From Candidatus Woykebacteria bacterium (GTDB taxonomy: Bacteria > Patescibacteriota > Microgenomatia > Woykebacterales > RBG-16-39-9b): a stretch of DNA of 64,000 bases. Location of the stretch: positions 246,208 through 310,207 of the forward strand of contig JBBDPN010000001.1 in assembly GCA_040876265.1 (NCBI GenBank), read 5' to 3'. Of this stretch, positions 60,749 through 64,000 are shown piece after piece. The stretch's first letter is position 1, and each line of letters starts with the position of its first letter. The notes beneath the pieces are model-generated. The model saw nothing but the letters and a program-made list of their open reading frames with translations, made no database searches and was not told where the DNA came from. A program made the position numbers and the translations under genes.

Positions 60749-61117
60749 TCACCAACCAACTGCGGCGTTTTGGATGATTTCTTTTCGTGTCACTTTGCCC
60801 TGGATACCCATCTCTATTGCAACTACGTCAATTCTGTGAGCCTCAGGCAAACTGCCTTTGTGCGACATCCGAAAATATTCTCCCACTTTTTGGATAGAGT
60901 GTAGCTTACGTTTGCCAACAGCCTCTTCTGGCAACCCAAATTCCTTACTCCAACGGGTTTTTACCTCTACAAATACCAAGGTGTCTTTATCTTGAGCGAT
61001 TATATCTATTTCGCCCAGGCGGCAACGAAAATTTTTTACTAAAATTTTATAACCTTGGCAGCGCAGCAGTGAGACTGCAATGGCCTCGCCTTTAGCACCC
61101 AAATCTTTCTTATCCAT
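60749..61117 (-). CDS. yraN: YraN (UPF0102) family endonuclease-like protein
   Basis: G..GE..A, GEIDII, LVFVEVKTR, RIDVVAI. Confidence 0.93.
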   Translation of the reverse strand: MDKKDLGAKGEAIAVSLLRCQGYKILVKNFRCRLGEIDIIAQDKDTLVFVEVKTRWSKEFGLPEEAVGKRKLHSIQKVGEYFRMSHKGSLPEAHRIDVVAIEMGIQGKVTRKEIIQNAAVGW

Positions 61118-61727
61118 TTAAGTACGCCGACAGGTTGAAAGACTTGCGGTGAATTTTAGAAAGTTTGTAATGAGCAATTGCCTGCTGATGCGCTTTAGTA
61201 CCATAACCTTTGTGCCTGTGTAGTTCGTACATCGGAAATCTAGTAGCGAGACGCTTCATCAAATTATCTCGGTAAACCTTGCCTACTACTGAAGCTGCGG
61301 CTATCGAAGCACAGTATTTATCCCCACTCTTTAATGCGATTTGGATATCCCTTGGCCAATTTTTAATATAAAATGCATCTATCAGATACCTGTCACAATT
61401 CACGACAAGATTTTTGACTGCGTACTTAAAGGCTTTTTGAGTAGCATTGCCAATACCAATTTTATCAATCGTTGGCACCTGGACTACTCCAATGCCAATC
61501 TTACCTACTGCTCGGATTTTTTTAGCTAATTCTTCCCTAGCGTGTGGGAGTAAAAGCTTAGAATCAAAAATCTTAAAGTGGGGCTCAAACATAGAAGGGA
61601 AAATCACCGCTGCTGCTACCACTGGTCCGGCCCAAGCTCCTCGGCCGACTTCGTCAATACCAGCGATTTGCCTGGCACCATCCTGCCAAAGCACTTTTTC
61701 GTAATCAAAAGTGGCCTCTATTTTCAT
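61110..61727 (-). CDS. rnhB: Ribonuclease HII
   Basis: GIDEVGRGAWAGPV, DSK, SIAAAS..GKV.RD, HKGYGT..H. Confidence 0.96.
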   Translation of the reverse strand: MKIEATFDYEKVLWQDGARQIAGIDEVGRGAWAGPVVAAAVIFPSMFEPHFKIFDSKLLLPHAREELAKKIRAVGKIGIGVVQVPTIDKIGIGNATQKAFKYAVKNLVVNCDRYLIDAFYIKNWPRDIQIALKSGDKYCASIAAASVVGKVYRDNLMKRLATRFPMYELHRHKGYGTKAHQQAIAHYKLSKIHRKSFNLSAYLNG

Positions 61728-61747
61728 AAAGCTGCTAACTACAGTTA

Positions 61748-62077
61748 TTATAGCGCAGCGCCAGTGGCTTCTTTACCAGTAAGTTTTCGAATGTAGTAGA
61801 GTTTGGCTCTTTTTTGCGGCCTTTTTTTAATTATCTTTATTTCGGCAATTGAGGGAGAATTAAGTGGCCAGATTCTTTCAACCCCGATACCGCCGGCAGC
61901 AATTTTCCTTACCGTGAAAGTACGGGAGTTTCCAGAACCTTTTGTGGCTATTACAGTGCCTTCAAAGGCTTGAACTCTTTCTTTGCCACCTTCGCGAACC
62001 TTAGCACTAACTCGGACTAAGTCACCTGGTGAAACAATGTTTTTCTGTATCTTTTCTTCTGCAACCGGTTTTTCCAT
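61748..62077 (-). CDS. rplS: 50S ribosomal protein L19 (start ATG 62077)
   Basis: PGD.VRV...EG.KERVQAFEG, FTVRK, GVER, RAKLYYIR. Confidence 0.95.
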   Translation of the reverse strand: MEKPVAEEKIQKNIVSPGDLVRVSAKVREGGKERVQAFEGTVIATKGSGNSRTFTVRKIAAGGIGVERIWPLNSPSIAEIKIIKKRPQKRAKLYYIRKLTGKEATGAAL

Positions 62078-62123
62078 AAATTTAGAAGTCAAAATTTTAA
62101 CTTGAGCAGCGTACTTTGTCAAA

Positions 62124-62429
62124 TCATCTAAAAATAAAAACGAACGCAAGGCCAAGTAATATTAGCAGACTCACCACTAAATACTCCACGACATGAGAGC
62201 GGGTAAGATTTTTTTCTTCAAAGTGGTGCCAGAGACCCCAGAAAAAATAGAAAACTGGGAACAAAAATATGGCAACAAGTCTCAAAGTAAAATTCTCCAA
62301 TTGGAGTAATATGGTAACCGAAAAAACAAATATTAATATTAGGAACCCGTATTGAAGGAAATGCTCCCGACGGTGCTTGCCAGCGTTTTCAATTTTCTGG
62401 TTTTTACTAAATGGTTGTTCCTCTTCCAT
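62124..62429 (-). CDS. Hypothetical small membrane protein
   Basis: Three TM segments, YFFWGLWHH, VVEYL. Confidence 0.65.
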   Translation of the reverse strand: MEEEQPFSKNQKIENAGKHRREHFLQYGFLILIFVFSVTILLQLENFTLRLVAIFLFPVFYFFWGLWHHFEEKNLTRSHVVEYLVVSLLILLGLAFVFIFR

Positions 62430-63381
62430 ACAAAAAGCTTACAATTATAAGCAGAACTATCATCGTCGCGTGGGCTAGTGAGTGACTCCCTTTTCGCACG
62501 TGTCTTTTTCGAAATACAACCACCGAATCTAGGATAAAAAGTAGTGCTATCATTGCTAAAAGGGAAATAGTTACCTTCTGACTTGTAGTGGAATCCCTAA
62601 ATAAAGATAGCACAGAGATATTATCTGCACCCAGGTTTGTACTTACCACCGGGCCAGCTAAACTGGTCTCACTTCCTTCCTGAGGAGGCTCTGCAATTTT
62701 TTCCGGAACATTGGCTTTTGCTTCGATTTTCGCTGGCTGCGCTCCGCTCGTTTGGTTATTAGGAGATGCTTCTACTGCAGCAGCGGCCACAACCGGTTTA
62801 GCGAATAGTTGAACCACCAAAGTAGTGTCTTCCCCCTGAAGGTTTCCATTCGCTACTGCAACACCAATCTCGGTAAAATTTCCATTCAAAATGTTGGCCC
62901 TATGCCCGGAGCTATCCATCCACGCTGAAACAACACCAGAAGAAGTGGCAAAGTCTCGAGCTAAATTTTCCCCCGCCCAAGTATATTTGTATCCAACCAA
63001 CCCAAAAAAATACCAAGGAGATGTGCCGTCGGGAGCGAAATGATCCCAATAGTCATCTTGGAACATATCTTTAGCCTTGAGAGCCGCCGCCTGACTCAAA
63101 GCCGAATTTGCTTTCAAAGAAGAGAGATTATTAACTTTCCTTTCTGAGTTGGTGAGATGGATAACGTCGCTAACAGTAATGTTGGTTGCAAAACCTAACA
63201 CCGAACCACTTTTAGTTGTAATATTGGCTATCGCTTGGGCTAAGATCAAGATAACTAACATTGCTACCAAGCCGTAGCTTTGTAGTGCCCATGGCCGATG
63301 ATTATTATGCTCGTGAGGATAGGTAATTTTGAGAACTAGCCTACCAAATTCATCAAAATATTTTTCAACATTCGAAATCAT
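62407..63381 (-). CDS. CAP (SCP/PR-1) domain membrane protein
   Basis: TNSER, A.DM....YWDH..PDG, AGENLA, WMDSSGHRANILN. Confidence 0.92.
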   Translation of the reverse strand: MISNVEKYFDEFGRLVLKITYPHEHNNHRPWALQSYGLVAMLVILILAQAIANITTKSGSVLGFATNITVSDVIHLTNSERKVNNLSSLKANSALSQAAALKAKDMFQDDYWDHFAPDGTSPWYFFGLVGYKYTWAGENLARDFATSSGVVSAWMDSSGHRANILNGNFTEIGVAVANGNLQGEDTTLVVQLFAKPVVAAAAVEASPNNQTSGAQPAKIEAKANVPEKIAEPPQEGSETSLAGPVVSTNLGADNISVLSLFRDSTTSQKVTISLLAMIALLFILDSVVVFRKRHVRKGSHSLAHATMIVLLIIVSFLYGRGTTI

Positions 63382-63387
63382 AGTCAG

Positions 63388-64000
63388 CTAACCTTTTTCC
63401 CAACAATCAGAGATATGAATATCTACTTTTACTGGAACTTTTTTCAACAACTTTTCTCCGCCTCTTATCATCTGCTCCTCAATCATTTTTGCCACGTCTT
63501 CGACTATGTCCTCCCTAGCTTCAGCTACAATTTCGTCGTGAACAGTATGGATTAAATGAGCATCAAGCTTTTTCTCTCGAATTTCCCGGCTGATATAGGC
63601 AAGAGCATATTTTGTAATATCAGCACTAGTACCCTGAATGGGCATATTCTTTCCTTGTCTTTCTATTGAAGATATAAGCCTTTCGTACTCTGGATGGGCT
63701 CGATCGGGTACGGAAAAAAGTCTTCTCCGCCCTCCCAAGGTTCTTACTCCTCCATTTCTGATAGCCGAATGGCCAACATCATCCAACCACCTTTTCACTT
63801 TCTTGTAGCTATTAAAATAAACCTCTAATAGTTTTCTCGCTTCATCTACCGACAAACCTATTTGAGCGCTCAGCGAAACCGGTCCGCGACCATACATCAA
63901 ACCAAAATTTATTGATTTGGCTTGAAATCGTTTATCTTTATCTACTTTGTCTTGTGGTACCCGAAACATCTGACTAGCTGTAAGGGTATGCAAATCGAGG
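63388..64000 (-). CDS. polA: DNA polymerase I family A polymerase domain (5' end outside window)
   Basis: AKSINFGLMYG motif B, N.PIQGTSAD..K, VHDE motif C. Confidence 0.93.
   Translation of the reverse strand, partial: LDLHTLTASQMFRVPQDKVDKDKRFQAKSINFGLMYGRGPVSLSAQIGLSVDEARKLLEVYFNSYKKVKRWLDDVGHSAIRNGGVRTLGGRRRLFSVPDRAHPEYERLISSIERQGKNMPIQGTSADITKYALAYISREIREKKLDAHLIHTVHDEIVAEAREDIVEDVAKMIEEQMIRGGEKLLKKVPVKVDIHISDCWEKG

Larger units (their letters stand above)
54732..60754. mobile_element. Putative defence island at tRNA-Glu
   Basis: Accessory genes between the tRNA-Glu 3' end and a degenerate copy of it (17/26 nt, ungapped) at 60729-60754. Confidence 0.55.

Overview
Chromosomal segment of a low-GC, small-genome bacterium. 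Gene content and style suggest Patescibacteria/CPR, probably Microgenomates (inference). Core genes include a FemAB-type transferase, lon, uvrA/B/C, lexA, secG, yidC, eno, a complete F1Fo ATP synthase operon, ppsA, metK, hppA, plsY, rnhB, rplS and partial polA, plus 15 tRNA genes. There are two tRNA-anchored accessory regions. (i) At tRNA-Lys(TTT), about 39.4-43.3 kb, lie a toxin-antitoxin pair, a truncated DsbA, a GT2 glycosyltransferase and repeated att-like scars that appear to encode alternative recombinase C-termini. (ii) At tRNA-Glu(TTC), about 54.7-60.75 kb, lie a single-chain restriction-modification enzyme, a coiled-coil PD-(D/E)xK nuclease and a second LexA with its own palindromic operator. 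That LexA heads an operon with a DUF3892-like gene and an unannotated 51-aa cationic (x-P-I)9 peptide; this is the best candidate for an undescribed system. A SAM-I/IV-type riboswitch whose pseudoknot would hide the Shine-Dalgarno lies upstream of metK. No CRISPR array or rRNA was seen. All calls come from reading motifs by eye; no searches were run.
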